Assembly (NCBI GenBank): GCA_003707115.1 | Contig: PPNB01000016.1 | Location: forward strand, 1 to 64,000 | DNA: 64,000 nt | Direction: 5' to 3' | Source: Tortispora ganteri | Taxonomy: Eukaryota | Shown: positions 49,175 through 60,405 of the stretch, piece after piece | Numbering within the stretch: the stretch's first letter is position 1 | Layout: the number at the start of each line of letters is the position of its first letter | Made by a program: the position numbers and the translations under genes | Notes under the pieces: model-generated | Seen by the model: the letters and a program-made list of their open reading frames with translations, nothing else | Database searches by the model: none | Told to the model about the DNA's origin: nothing

Positions 49175-51223
49175 ATGAAACCATTGCACTCGATATTCCG
49201 AACGATGTCGCCGATTCTGGTCCTCCTCGCTTTATTCATAATATTTGAATCCGTTATGCTACTAAAATCATCAGAAGTCTCTGCGTGGATAGACGACTCG
49301 GCTTCTAGAGTCCGCCCAGCAGCGACCACCACAACTGCACGTAGCAAACCGCATTTCGGCCATGATCAGAAAGAAGGTGACCGCCCACAGGCAACAAATT
49401 ATTTAGAACCAGAAGATCCGCTGAAAGGACCGTTACCTAAGGATAAGAAAATCCTCCGAAAACTTTACGACCTAGCTATTGAAAAGGAACTCTTAACAGT
49501 AGGAGAAATAGGTCAGTTTGACGCGCAAGACCCCATACAGCAGCTTGTGGTCAGAGGAATGCTAATTTATCACAAACTTTCTCGTGTCGAACAGCCTACA
49601 TTGAATGAACTGACAACATGGTACATTAAACAGCACGGCCGAGTGCCCCCGCCTAATTTCGATAAGTGGTACGAATACGCTAAGGAAAGGAATGTAGTTG
49701 ACTACAGGTCGTTTGAACAAATATACAATGACCTAAAGCCTTTCTGGGGTTTATCGCCAAGTACAATAAGAGCTTCTATTCAAAACCTGCAAAATGCTCC
49801 TGAATTTGAGCTTATTGAAATCAGAGACGGCAAGGCAGTTTGGCCGGGCGATCATGATATATCGTACTTAAAACGCGCTAACATTTTTCGACAAGCTGTC
49901 GACACATACGGTGGTAATGTCCCTGATCTGGATATACTGCTAAATAGTATGGATGAGCCAAAAATTCTTTGTCCCTATAGGGATATTGCATTGTACAGAA
50001 AGCTGGAAGAACAAACGCGATATGTTCACCCTGCACCGAAGAACGAGTTCACAACAACTATTAAACCGGCTACAGATCCTCTATACGGTCCTAATATCCC
50101 CTTTAAATGGATCGAACATAATCGTCGACCAGCCTATGACTTACTACATGGCTCATGTCCAGCAGATTCGCTCATTGCGTGCCCGGAAACCACGGAAGAG
50201 ATACGAAAGATGTCTGAGAAGCTGTATTTGACAGAGAGGGGAAAATTCATATTTAACATGAGCGCTGCTCGGGACTCTTGCACTATTGGACCTGTTGCTC
50301 GCTATAACCACGGTTTCTTTGCAGCTGCTATTTCTAATAGAGTACTGCCAGATCTGGCCCCGGTATTCTCTGAGAGCAAACTGAACGTGTACAGCGATAT
50401 TTTAAGTGCTCCGCATATGCATTTTATCGATGACTCTAATTTCCTCTTTGACCCTGCCACTGAGCAAAGCTTTGAAAGCAAGAGCGATGTCGCAGTATGG
50501 AGAGGGTATACTTCGGAAGGTGATGCTCGGCCAGATACCTGGAACTATCTGCAAAGGCATAAGTTAGTTAATCTGTTCAATGCTTCAAAGGTAGAAGAAA
50601 CCGGGATGGACAAGTACCACTTCATGTGCGACAAGGAAGAGAGAAGAAACAATGGCGTTGAGAATGAGCCTGGCATGTGTGTTGTCGACCCTACCAGCTA
50701 TCTGGAGGAGTATGGCGATATGGCATTTGTTGGTCAGTTTGGTTGCGATGGCGAAGAAATGTGTGATCTTGAACGGCAACACTACGCTATAGTCGATAGA
50801 TTGCCATTTAATGAGATAATGCAACACAAGTATCTCTTTGACGTTGATGGCGTCACGTTCTCCGGAAGATTTACGGCATTTTTGAACTCAAATTCGTTGC
50901 CGTTCAAGTCTTCAGTTTTTAATGTTTGGTACCAGAACAGACTGGTTCCGTGGGCTCATTACATACCGATAGACGTCACTATGGATGAGGCGTTTGCCGC
51001 CTATGTATATTTTAATGGGTTTAAGGAACACGCACCTTCAAGAGTTGCTCTTGCTGCAAAACTGGGCAAGATAGGCCAGGAATGGACGCGACGAGTGTTG
51101 CGTAAGGAAGACATGGAGGTATACAATTACTTACTGTTGCTGGAGTACGGCCGGGTACTGGACGATAACCGAGATCAAATTGGATACCTCCCACCGGGAT
51201 TTGATGTTTCTCAAGTGGTGTAA
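49175..51223 (+). CDS. GT90 glycosyltransferase, CAP10/Cxt1-like (copy 1)
   Basis: Type II N-terminal TM; HGRVPPPNFDKWY, IYNDLKPFWG, PDLDILLNSMDEP, WRGYTSEG, KYLFDVDGVTFSGRF, LVPWAHYIP, LRKEDMEVY.YLLLLEYGRVLDDNR. Confidence 0.93.
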   Translation: MKPLHSIFRTMSPILVLLALFIIFESVMLLKSSEVSAWIDDSASRVRPAATTTTARSKPHFGHDQKEGDRPQATNYLEPEDPLKGPLPKDKKILRKLYDLAIEKELLTVGEIGQFDAQDPIQQLVVRGMLIYHKLSRVEQPTLNELTTWYIKQHGRVPPPNFDKWYEYAKERNVVDYRSFEQIYNDLKPFWGLSPSTIRASIQNLQNAPEFELIEIRDGKAVWPGDHDISYLKRANIFRQAVDTYGGNVPDLDILLNSMDEPKILCPYRDIALYRKLEEQTRYVHPAPKNEFTTTIKPATDPLYGPNIPFKWIEHNRRPAYDLLHGSCPADSLIACPETTEEIRKMSEKLYLTERGKFIFNMSAARDSCTIGPVARYNHGFFAAAISNRVLPDLAPVFSESKLNVYSDILSAPHMHFIDDSNFLFDPATEQSFESKSDVAVWRGYTSEGDARPDTWNYLQRHKLVNLFNASKVEETGMDKYHFMCDKEERRNNGVENEPGMCVVDPTSYLEEYGDMAFVGQFGCDGEEMCDLERQHYAIVDRLPFNEIMQHKYLFDVDGVTFSGRFTAFLNSNSLPFKSSVFNVWYQNRLVPWAHYIPIDVTMDEAFAAYVYFNGFKEHAPSRVALAAKLGKIGQEWTRRVLRKEDMEVYNYLLLLEYGRVLDDNRDQIGYLPPGFDVSQVV

Positions 51224-51514
51224 GGGGTTTAATAGAGTCACGAAAATGATATAATTTGAGAACTGTTTAGTTGTGGAGCAACTACAGCCTTGACTTGTTC
51301 CGTTGCGATGCGTGCTGTATTGTGCGCGTGACTCACCACATGCATGTGGTCATTTACAACCACATTAACTGTAGCAAATCGGTGTCTCGAAACAGTAACA
51401 ACAACATATATACTCAGTCATTTGTTGTGATCATTGAAGTGTATATTTATTATAGAGCAGTTACGAGTGGAAGCGGATATAGCGGCTATCGCGGTTTGAA
51501 ATCACACGTGACGA

Positions 51515-51532
51515 ATATATATATATATATAT
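51515..51532. repeat. (AT)9 microsatellite upstream of the GNAT gene
   Basis: Read directly from the sequence. Confidence 0.85.
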
Positions 51533-51609
51533 GTACACTTGGGAATGGCATTCTAAAAAGCTACATTTGTTCGATTTGACTACCGACTGTTTTTTCTGTT
51601 TTAACGGCA

Positions 51610-52422
51610 ATGTCAAAGGACCTTGAAATTCGTAGAATCAGTCTTTTCGACTACTATAAAGTAGGAAAAATAATGAGCAGCGCATTTAGCGCGCCGTTGT
51701 CAGGATCCTATTCTTCAGGTGAAGACTGCTATAAGAATGGCGATATGATCTACGAAAAGCTACCACTTCCTGATCTTAATGCTTACGAACAGAAGTTACT
51801 AGACGCGTTAATTGAGTTTAACAGTTTAAAGAAGAACCTGTATAACCGTTTGAACAAAAATATACTGCAGTTCGGCGCTTACGACTTAAAGACCAAAGAG
51901 CTGCTCGGTATTGCAGTATGGGAGTTTCCGGGGTACCGCCGATCTCTGTTTCAGATGCTTCGCAATGTCTTTGAAACTACTTATGTGTACTCGTACTTGG
52001 CTATCAAGGCTGCTAAACTTAAGTTTCTTCTGCTTTTCTTTCCGCGCGTACGTCAGGCGCTCAAACTGAAGATGGAACGATTTGACTCGTTTTGGTCAAA
52101 AATGTCGAACAACCATCTGCGCGAACTTAAGAACCTTGGTTATCCTGATGATCTTACAAAGATTTACTTCCTGTGGACACTGGCTGTTTCCCCAGCGGCC
52201 CAGAGGCGCGGTATCGGCAAGAAACTGCTCGAGCACACACTCCCTGAGGTCGACGAAGGCGATTACGTTTCGGCGCTCGATGCAAGTGAGTTTGGTGCGC
52301 CGCTTTACGTGAAGTACGGCTACATTGAAGGTCCGTTTACGCCGGTAGATGTGAAGGGGAAGATCGGCACTACATTTATGTATCGTCCAGCGAAGTCAGA
52401 AAGAGAGAAAGATATGAAGTAG
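51610..52422 (+). CDS. GNAT-family N-acetyltransferase
   Basis: Motif A YFLWTLAVSPAAQRRGIGKKLL, motif B LDASEFGAPLYVKYGY, and LLGIAVW. Confidence 0.9.
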   Translation: MSKDLEIRRISLFDYYKVGKIMSSAFSAPLSGSYSSGEDCYKNGDMIYEKLPLPDLNAYEQKLLDALIEFNSLKKNLYNRLNKNILQFGAYDLKTKELLGIAVWEFPGYRRSLFQMLRNVFETTYVYSYLAIKAAKLKFLLLFFPRVRQALKLKMERFDSFWSKMSNNHLRELKNLGYPDDLTKIYFLWTLAVSPAAQRRGIGKKLLEHTLPEVDEGDYVSALDASEFGAPLYVKYGYIEGPFTPVDVKGKIGTTFMYRPAKSEREKDMK

Positions 52423-52459
52423 GTACACATGATGGCAAAACAATAGATAGAAAACTAGA

Positions 52460-53434
52460 CTAAAAGATTGCCAGAGCATTAGGAGGGGACGATACACCAT
52501 TTGCTTCGTTAAGCGGAGCAGATGCGAGGAAGAAAGTCCATCTATTGTTTTTCTTGCATAATTTGGACAGACCTTCGAGATCGAACATCTCGCCGATCGG
52601 TAAACCCCAACCAGCTAAGCAGCATTCATGCAAAAACCAATCCGGGTTCTGCGGGGGAAACACTTCCCAGGAGATAGCGTCGCTAGCTACAGCACTGATT
52701 TGATTGTCCCATAACCAGCGGGCGACGGCTTCACTCTGTTCTACACCTGCATGTTGAGGAGCGGTGTTGGCGGCATAGGCCTTTTTCTGTTCGACGGTAA
52801 ATTTGTTGTCCCATTCATCGGTCATGCCCATACGTACGAACAAAATATCTCCTGGATGAAACTCAATGTTGCATTCTTTAGCGATTTGCAGTAAATCTGT
52901 CAATTTGGCCTGGTATGTAGAGAAACAGGAGTACTCGATACCATTTTTCTGCGCCCAGGAGTAGTAATCCAGAAGCACACCACGTCCTGCAATGCCTTCT
53001 AGAGCCCAATGCCCAATTCCAATTCTGTGGTTATTCGGATCCTTTATTTCGCTTTCATTAGTTCCGCCGTACCAGAAGACTCCCTTTTCACCCTTCGGAT
53101 CCTTCTGGCTAAAGTGACGGAACCCGTCCCATTGTGAGCTCTGTTGTGGGTTCATATGGTACGCATCATCAAACACACCAGGAATCGGAAATCCGACAAG
53201 TTCGTGCTTGTAAGGCAATCGGCCAAAACCTACGTATTCTAGTTTATTTAGATCCCAGTTCAATCCTACACGCTCGCCGGTTTGTATCTCGTCTTTCGCC
53301 TTGCGGACAACTTCCGGGGTGAGCAGGTTGAGTCTGCCAAGAGCTTCTTCGCGCGATCCAGGTGGACCCCAGATCCATTGGCGCTTAGGGTTATCGAGTT
53401 TATCAAACGGCACAAATTCAGGTAGACCACCCAT
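52460..53434 (-). CDS. Putative cyclase / kynurenine formamidase-like metal-dependent hydrolase (fungal subtype)
   Basis: LGRLNLLTPE, NPQQSSQWDGFRHF, GIAGRGVLLDY, GDILFVRMG, AVASD..SWE, LHE..LAGWGLPIGEMFDLE.L, GVSSPPNALAIF. Confidence 0.9.
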   Translation of the reverse strand: MGGLPEFVPFDKLDNPKRQWIWGPPGSREEALGRLNLLTPEVVRKAKDEIQTGERVGLNWDLNKLEYVGFGRLPYKHELVGFPIPGVFDDAYHMNPQQSSQWDGFRHFSQKDPKGEKGVFWYGGTNESEIKDPNNHRIGIGHWALEGIAGRGVLLDYYSWAQKNGIEYSCFSTYQAKLTDLLQIAKECNIEFHPGDILFVRMGMTDEWDNKFTVEQKKAYAANTAPQHAGVEQSEAVARWLWDNQISAVASDAISWEVFPPQNPDWFLHECCLAGWGLPIGEMFDLEGLSKLCKKNNRWTFFLASAPLNEANGVSSPPNALAIF

Positions 53435-53494
53435 TCTCGTAATCAGATAGCTAATAGGTTATTTGCAAGTGAAATCTTCCGCGCTTTTATTTGT

Positions 53495-53718
53495 GTGGAG
53501 CTATTGCGATATTCGGAGTACACTGTCAAAGTTTCCGCATGGCAACCAATAACCATTTGTGGGGGTGGGGCAAAGAGTCATTTAAAGTTATTATTATTAC
53601 AAATTTGTGGGTTCTCCACATTTTGCTCCGGACCGGGCATACAATCTAACGCCTTTAAGGGATGCATGCGTAAGCTAAAAATTATGTGCATATTATTATA
53701 ACCGAATAAATTGCGGGG
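53495..53718. promoter_or_regulatory. Cluster of Mig1/CreA-type SYGGRG boxes upstream of the cyclase gene
   Basis: Matches at 53495, 53559, 53565, 53614 (reverse) and 53713, most with an AT-rich 5' flank. Confidence 0.55.
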
Positions 53719-53930
53719 GTCCATTTGCCAAGACTCATGATGCTTTGTCGGGGTTCCTAGCAGCGGACTCGTGAAGAGATAAGTTGCGATCTGGTTTATG
53801 TTTGAAAGTGCAGCATTTTAGCTTAATCTAGGCCCAGATAACACTGATCTCGATTTCTACAGTAATTACATTGAGTCTAAAAACAACTCATTTATACACG
53901 TACAAGCTTATCCATAAATACTTCATATAA

Positions 53931-55571
53931 TTATTCCTTGTGAGTAGCATTGACATCTTCGACGTTCTCCTGATTGGCCTTTTCGTCTTCCGGAAGATGC
54001 ATAACATCAATGCTCTTAATGAATTCGTCAAGCTGTTGACGCTGTTCGAAAGGCACATCGTTGATGTGGACAGCGACATCGTCACCAAACTGAGCATTGA
54101 TCTCCTCAAGTGACAACTTGGCGGTCTCGGGGAAGTAGAAGTAGATGACAGGAATGAAGAACGCTGACCAGATGATAATGACAAGGTAGTATTTCCAGCC
54201 GACATTGGCAAATCCAATAGGTGCAGTCTGTAGTAGAATTAAGGCAGAAGCAAACTGTCCAAAAAGAGAGAAACCCATTCCTATTGCTCGAATTTCAGTA
54301 GGGAAAATTTCAGAAACGTAGGTGTACATAGTAGTATCACAGAACATACCTTGCATCAAGAGGTACAAAAACAGGAAAAGAATAGCAAATCCGTTACCAA
54401 CCTTGTTATCAGTAGAAGAGTATTCTGCTACCAACGCAGCTTCAACAGATACAGTAACAACAATACCAGCGAAACCAGTCATGTACATCTTGCGGCGGCT
54501 GTTGACTTTGTCGTGTAGCCAGGCACCAATAGGATTCCATATAGCGGCTGAAGTAAGCCATACAGCGGCAAGAAGAAGAGGCATACCACCAGTTTGGCCT
54601 AAGTTAGTGTATAAGATGACCTGATAGTTGTTGACGACAAGAGGACCGCCGAACTCAGCACCCCATTGCGTCAAGAAACCGACAATCATACGTTTTCTGT
54701 AACTTGGTCGCTTGAGAACAGCTTTATAAATACCACCACCAGACTGTTGAAGTTTCGCTCTGTCAAGGAGGATTTGTTCGCGGATCTGATAAAATTCTTC
54801 TTTAATAAGGAGGTTATCCGGGTCATGCTCGGGGTCTCTGCGAAGTTTTAAGAGAGAGCTCCAACCTTCTTCGATCTTGTCCTGAGATACGCACCAACGG
54901 GGAGATTCAGGGATAAACTGACCACCAATCAAAAGCAAAAGCGAAGGGAAGCACTGAATGGCAAGGGGGAAACGCCAGGCGAAGCTCATGTTGACATCAG
55001 TGGCATAATAGCAGCCATATGAGACCCAGGCAGAAACCATATAACCAAAGACGAGGAAAATAGCATGATGACCGACGATCCAGCCGCGAGCAGCAGGCCG
55101 AGCCATCTCAGACATGTACATAGGGACGACTGTGACTAGAGTGCCAATACCCATACCGCAAATCCATCGACCGGCCTGGAACATAGCAAGGGTTGCACCA
55201 CCTGTTTGTAAGGCAGCCCCAAACATAGTAGTGAAAGCACCTATTTGAATATTTCTCTTGCGCCCAAAGTAGTCACCCATAATCATCATCCATATACAAC
55301 CAACCGCACCACCGGCGGAGAAAAGGCCGTTAGCAGTGGCAATAGTATTAGTGGTTTTACCTTCATATCCAGGCTCACCATTTTGAGGGAGATCGAACTG
55401 GATGTACCATCCAGGCTGACCGATAGTGGAACTGATTACAGAGGCACAATAACCATAACAGAATGAGCCGAGAGCGACAAATACATTGACCAACTTCATA
55501 TATCTATTGGATTTCATATTTGCCGGAATGTTTGCGACTTCGACATCGCGATCTTGTGTATCGGTAGACAT
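53931..55571 (-). CDS. MFS sugar-porter family transporter
   Basis: GDYFGRKR, GRWICGMGIG...VPMYMSEMA....RG, WRFP, PESPRW, YVSEIFPTEIRAIG, FPETAKLSLEEI; about 12 TM segments. Confidence 0.95.
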   Translation of the reverse strand: MSTDTQDRDVEVANIPANMKSNRYMKLVNVFVALGSFCYGYCASVISSTIGQPGWYIQFDLPQNGEPGYEGKTTNTIATANGLFSAGGAVGCIWMMIMGDYFGRKRNIQIGAFTTMFGAALQTGGATLAMFQAGRWICGMGIGTLVTVVPMYMSEMARPAARGWIVGHHAIFLVFGYMVSAWVSYGCYYATDVNMSFAWRFPLAIQCFPSLLLLIGGQFIPESPRWCVSQDKIEEGWSSLLKLRRDPEHDPDNLLIKEEFYQIREQILLDRAKLQQSGGGIYKAVLKRPSYRKRMIVGFLTQWGAEFGGPLVVNNYQVILYTNLGQTGGMPLLLAAVWLTSAAIWNPIGAWLHDKVNSRRKMYMTGFAGIVVTVSVEAALVAEYSSTDNKVGNGFAILFLFLYLLMQGMFCDTTMYTYVSEIFPTEIRAIGMGFSLFGQFASALILLQTAPIGFANVGWKYYLVIIIWSAFFIPVIYFYFPETAKLSLEEINAQFGDDVAVHINDVPFEQRQQLDEFIKSIDVMHLPEDEKANQENVEDVNATHKE

Positions 55572-55657
55572 TTCGAGTCAAGAATTAAATCGTATAAATG
55601 GAAAGTAGAGCGAAGAGCGAGCGAGATACCCGGTTATATTTATATAGGTAGTTCTAT

Positions 55658-57233
55658 GTGGAGAAAGCACTCAGTTGGTAAAGTACCGAATGGTTTTAAC
55701 AAACTAATTAAGTTCTCCCCAGAATTTTTTTCTCTATTTTCAAGTATATGGTAAACTTTCTGACTCTGCAAACTCTAATAGTGGAATGAATCGACCAATT
55801 AAACTAGTTTTCTGATATATACCCCGCAATCCACTTTAGGCATCAAGATGTCAAAAGGGACTTGGAAAAATCCCACAAAGTTGTTCGACCAGCACGGAAA
55901 AAGCAGTGTTGATAGTGTCGAAAAAGCGGAGCTAGATGTGCATTAGATACGTTCGATTTGACATGAGTTACTTTCTCGGGACGTGTGATAACGATTTGAC
56001 ACCATTGTTCTACGCACAAAGTCCAATGTTTTGGTGATATCACAAGACAATCAGAGTTCCGCGTTTGTTCCTTGTAACGCTTTATTGGCGCAGGAGTGAC
56101 AGGGCTAGTTGTATGGGCCCGCAGGTACGCCCACTTAAGAATTGGTTTAGTCAGAATAGCTTACCGGTAATCATCGACTTTAAGCTTTCTGCTGAAACAT
56201 ACCCGCAATCGAAATTGTGGGGATTCGAAAACCGACATTCAGGCTACCCCTCAGCTATACACGCTGGCTTTATCTCCTATTACGCAATATGATTATTTTA
56301 TTGGCTTGCAGCGAGCTCTCCTGCCAGAAATGAAGCGTACGTTTGGTGCGATATGACATCCCCGAGGCATGATCTGGAAGTACCCTATGAATCAGAGTTA
56401 AGGTTACGGAGTGGGAAATTCCGATACCGCAAAAAAAATAAAGGTCATAAGAAGCATACCGCTTCGTAGTCATATATGTTTGATAACCGGTGGTCTTGTA
56501 CTTGCATGAGGTGTCAGAGGACGTCGAGACTTCTTAAACCAACATCGATATCGATTTGTTTTGCGTATCGACTAATGCGATATATTTCGATATCAACTTG
56601 GCTAGATGGTTTCTGACAGCGATTTCCATATAAAGTAAGTGGGGAGGGGGCTGCTAAGAGCGAGAATTAACGTCAACTGGAGACTCTACAGTTTAAACTG
56701 AATCTTAAATTGGCCAACTAAAGTTAGAGTGATCGGGCACTGGCATTGCCCACTTGCCACTCCGATATAGGGATTTGGAATGACAGGCACGGTGAGATCT
56801 GTTTGATCGGCTAGTTGAATAAGCTGCTATTAGTGTAATGCGGGGAACAATGTAATGCGGATCAAGCAGCTGGAAAGGTATGCCGAAAGATGTATGACGG
56901 TCTTGATGACCTTCCGCCGGCCCCCCCACTTTTACGGAAACGATTGTATTTCTTTCCGAGGGCTTTTCGATCGAAGAGCGCTGTTTTATGTAGCAGCTAT
57001 TATCGCAGATGTAATCTCCTTGCGCTTTCAGCTTAACTGGTGGGTGAGCGCTTCATATTAGGTGGTAATCTTGATTAGAACTGACTCTGGAGTCCCTGGA
57101 ATATGTCGTTCTACTTATACTTGCAGAAGTGGCCGATGCTGCGCTCAGGGAATATGACTATTAAGGAATATTTGCTATAAATCATTGTGTAAAGTTCGGT
57201 TACTAGCGATCTAACCGGGTACTGCACCTCCAC
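55658..57233. promoter_or_regulatory. Dense Mig1/CreA-type SYGGRG boxes upstream of the MFS transporter
   Basis: Matches on either strand at 55658, 55717, 55822, 55926, 56217, 56639, 56677, 56840, 56924, 57087 and 57228. Confidence 0.5.
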
Positions 57234-58473
57234 TGAGCACCATCTCGGGCACGTTACCGCAAAAGCAGTTTAGTTTGATCGATTCAATAAGACTGAAGAC
57301 AACACTGTAACCGGTAAAAATGTTGACAATAGCGCTGTGCTATGGTATATGTGTAGTCATTGATGCTAATCTAGCTGTAACCGTTTTAATAGTAGACCAA
57401 TGAACACATGTTAAGTGTACGGATGGAGAGTAGATATAATACAGACATTATGGGATACACACAGATGTACTTGTATTAGCGGGTTGATATGCTGATACAG
57501 ATTCTACTGCATGCAAATAGACACGTAATGATGAGGATGCAATGCATGTTTGTTATTATCGTGATCACAAGTATACAAAACTATTGATCGACTATCTCGT
57601 AACTGTATTCGACACAACCTTAATTCGCCGTAAAGCTTGAAGTACCATACAGGAAGAATGTTTCGATTGCATGATCTGTATGGTCTGTATGGTGCGCTAA
57701 GTATGTATGGTCTATGTGTTGGCCAATCGGGCCGCCATGGAATGACACAGAGTGTATTGTACATGACAGTAAATGCCGTTACTTCTATTTAGTGAAAATG
57801 AAGCATCCGTAGTACATAGTTATCACCCTTTATCCGGTCAATTAAACGCACAAGTGCAAAAGTAATTGTACAAGGGTGATCGGTTAAGGTGAAAGCTAAT
57901 TGTAATATAACTTTAATTGTGCTAGGATTTCACTCATTGCGACAATCTGTCGAAAAGTAAGTTTGAAGGTCTATTTTGGGGAGATGCATTCAGGGGGTCT
58001 ATTTTTGGTACATATACATTCTATTTGTAAAGTATGATCGTGCTATTTACACTTTATCACTGGTGTGAATAGCACTGCTTCCAGCACTATTCAGTAAATT
58101 TTTAAGATGAAGCAAAGTGGCCCATATCGAATGCAGACATGCAACCTCTTCAAAACCGCAAGAATGAAACCATTAGAATCGATATGTTAAGGTTCGAATA
58201 TTTAGTTTATTGTTACCTAGGCTCTGTTTAGTGCGGGCCGCTAACCAATGATGGCGAGCTTATCATATTTCGAAGTATATCTACTACTATGCGGATTTTA
58301 ACCCTGAATTGTTACAACTAAATACATAAAAGCACTCCTTGTTAAAAGACCACGTTTATTGTGATCAGTATATGAATACCGCTCGATATTTAAACTGTCA
58401 CATAGAAAGAAAAAGTAAAATCTTATAAAATTATATTGCAGCAACACAGAATCCAACAGATATTTACTTGCTA

Positions 58474-60288
58474 ATGATTCCGACGCGTGTTCGCAAACTT
58501 TTCACTCTTTTCGCTGTGGCCTTGCTAGTTGGCATCTTATGGTTACATTTTGGATACCCTACGAGCTTCAAATACCCTACGGAAGCATTTACTGTGTCAA
58601 AGGCAAAGCGACCTGGATTTTCGAATTTAGAAAAACTAGACTTATCGCAACTAGACGCAGTCAGATCAGTCGATGATCCGATCGCAAATCTTTTTCTTGA
58701 CGCGCTACTCAACAAGAGACCACTGTATAGAAGGTACACTCTCGAAGAATATGTTGACAAATACATTAAAGATCACGGTCGTGCGCCACCTCCTGGTTTT
58801 GATAAATGGTATGAATTCAGTATCAGCAGAGGCTGCGTAGATCTCGATCATTTCGATGCTATTTACGAGGACCTCGAGCCATTTTGGAACGTCAAACCTG
58901 CAGAGATACGAGCTGCATCAAAAGCACTGGAAAGTTTGCTGCATTTAGAAACAATAAAAATAACTAATGGTGTTTCAAGTTCTGTTTCTCCTCACAGTCG
59001 CGTGGTTGACGTCAGAAGAATGATGGCCGCATTCACGGAATATCTACCCGATATGGAACTAGTAGTTAACCTCAATGATGAGCCAAGGGTGTTTGTTCCC
59101 TATCAAGATATACAAGAAATTCAAAGAGCAAATGCAGCTTCTGAGAAATCAGGTTATCGCCCTCCTCTTTACAGCAACTACACTCACAGTATTGTCGCAT
59201 CAGAGTCTGAAGACACCATGGATATTCCTATGGAAATTCTCACTGGCAAAGAACTGTTCAGTCATGCTTCTGATTGTTGTGCGCCAGAATCCCCACTACG
59301 ACTATGGCAGAGTGGTCACTACAATGTCTCTGATATAGAATTTATGTACAAATCACTTGGGCTTGTCACGAACTATTCCCTGACCTCTGACCTGTGCACC
59401 GTGGCACCGCTGATTAACGACAAGCACGGTTTTTTAGTTGCACCTGTTGGTTTGCGTAAAATCCAAAAGCTAGTCCCTGTTTTCTCTATGACGAAAACAA
59501 GTATCAACTACGACATCCGCATACCAGGTGACAAATACCACACCGATGCAGGCTGGTATGGTTATGTTGGCACAAATGACCCTGAATGGGAAGAAAAGAA
59601 AGACATAGCAATATGGAGAGGTGTGCCTTCAGGTGGTGAACAAAGAATTGACAGCTACATGAAAGTGCAACGAAATAGGCTTATTCATTTGTTAAACGCC
59701 TCCTTCACCGATGAGCCCTTGGCTACTATATTTTGTGATAATCAAGATCCATATGCAACTACTAAATTTAAAGATTGTCAAGTTAATTTGAGAGAATACT
59801 TGAAGACTCATGCCGATGCTGGTTTTAGTGCCCTGGAGTGCTATGATTGCGAACATCTCGCCGACATTTATGACGTGGTGCCCAAAATATCTAACGCAGA
59901 CCAATTCCAATACAAATACGTCATAGATGTGGATGGTCATTCGTTTTCGGCGAGATTTAAGGCATTTCTTCAAAGCAAAAGCCTTCCATTAAAAGCGTCT
60001 ATTTTTAGAGAGTGGCACGACTCTCGCTTAATACCTTGGCTGCATTTTATACCTATGGATAACGCATTAGACGACACTCTCAAACTACTGACATACTTTA
60101 CAGGAGTTGAAGGAGTAATAGAACCTCACCAGGATGTTGCTAAACATATATCACTAGAAGGCAGAATGCATGCAGATTTGGTACTACGGAATGAAGACGT
60201 TGAAAGCTATATGTTCTTACTGTTTCTGGAGTATGCACGGCTGCTTGATGATAACAGAGACCAGATCGGGTTCACAATTGATAAATAA
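58474..60288 (+). CDS. GT90 glycosyltransferase, CAP10/Cxt1-like (copy 2)
   Basis: N-terminal TM; HGRAPPPGFDKWY, IYEDLEPFW, LPDMELVVNLNDEPRV, WRGVPSGG, KYVIDVDGHSFSARF, EWHDSRLIPWLHF, LEYARLLDDNR. ATG at 58474. Confidence 0.93.
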   Translation: MIPTRVRKLFTLFAVALLVGILWLHFGYPTSFKYPTEAFTVSKAKRPGFSNLEKLDLSQLDAVRSVDDPIANLFLDALLNKRPLYRRYTLEEYVDKYIKDHGRAPPPGFDKWYEFSISRGCVDLDHFDAIYEDLEPFWNVKPAEIRAASKALESLLHLETIKITNGVSSSVSPHSRVVDVRRMMAAFTEYLPDMELVVNLNDEPRVFVPYQDIQEIQRANAASEKSGYRPPLYSNYTHSIVASESEDTMDIPMEILTGKELFSHASDCCAPESPLRLWQSGHYNVSDIEFMYKSLGLVTNYSLTSDLCTVAPLINDKHGFLVAPVGLRKIQKLVPVFSMTKTSINYDIRIPGDKYHTDAGWYGYVGTNDPEWEEKKDIAIWRGVPSGGEQRIDSYMKVQRNRLIHLLNASFTDEPLATIFCDNQDPYATTKFKDCQVNLREYLKTHADAGFSALECYDCEHLADIYDVVPKISNADQFQYKYVIDVDGHSFSARFKAFLQSKSLPLKASIFREWHDSRLIPWLHFIPMDNALDDTLKLLTYFTGVEGVIEPHQDVAKHISLEGRMHADLVLRNEDVESYMFLLFLEYARLLDDNRDQIGFTIDK

Positions 60289-60405
60289 TGGCACTTTTTA
60301 TTTATTCATCTTTATTACTTAATTATGCTATAAAATGTTTACTTTTGAGGCTACATCTCTATTATTTCATTAGACCATCATATAGTCTTGCAGAAAATGC
60401 AAACG

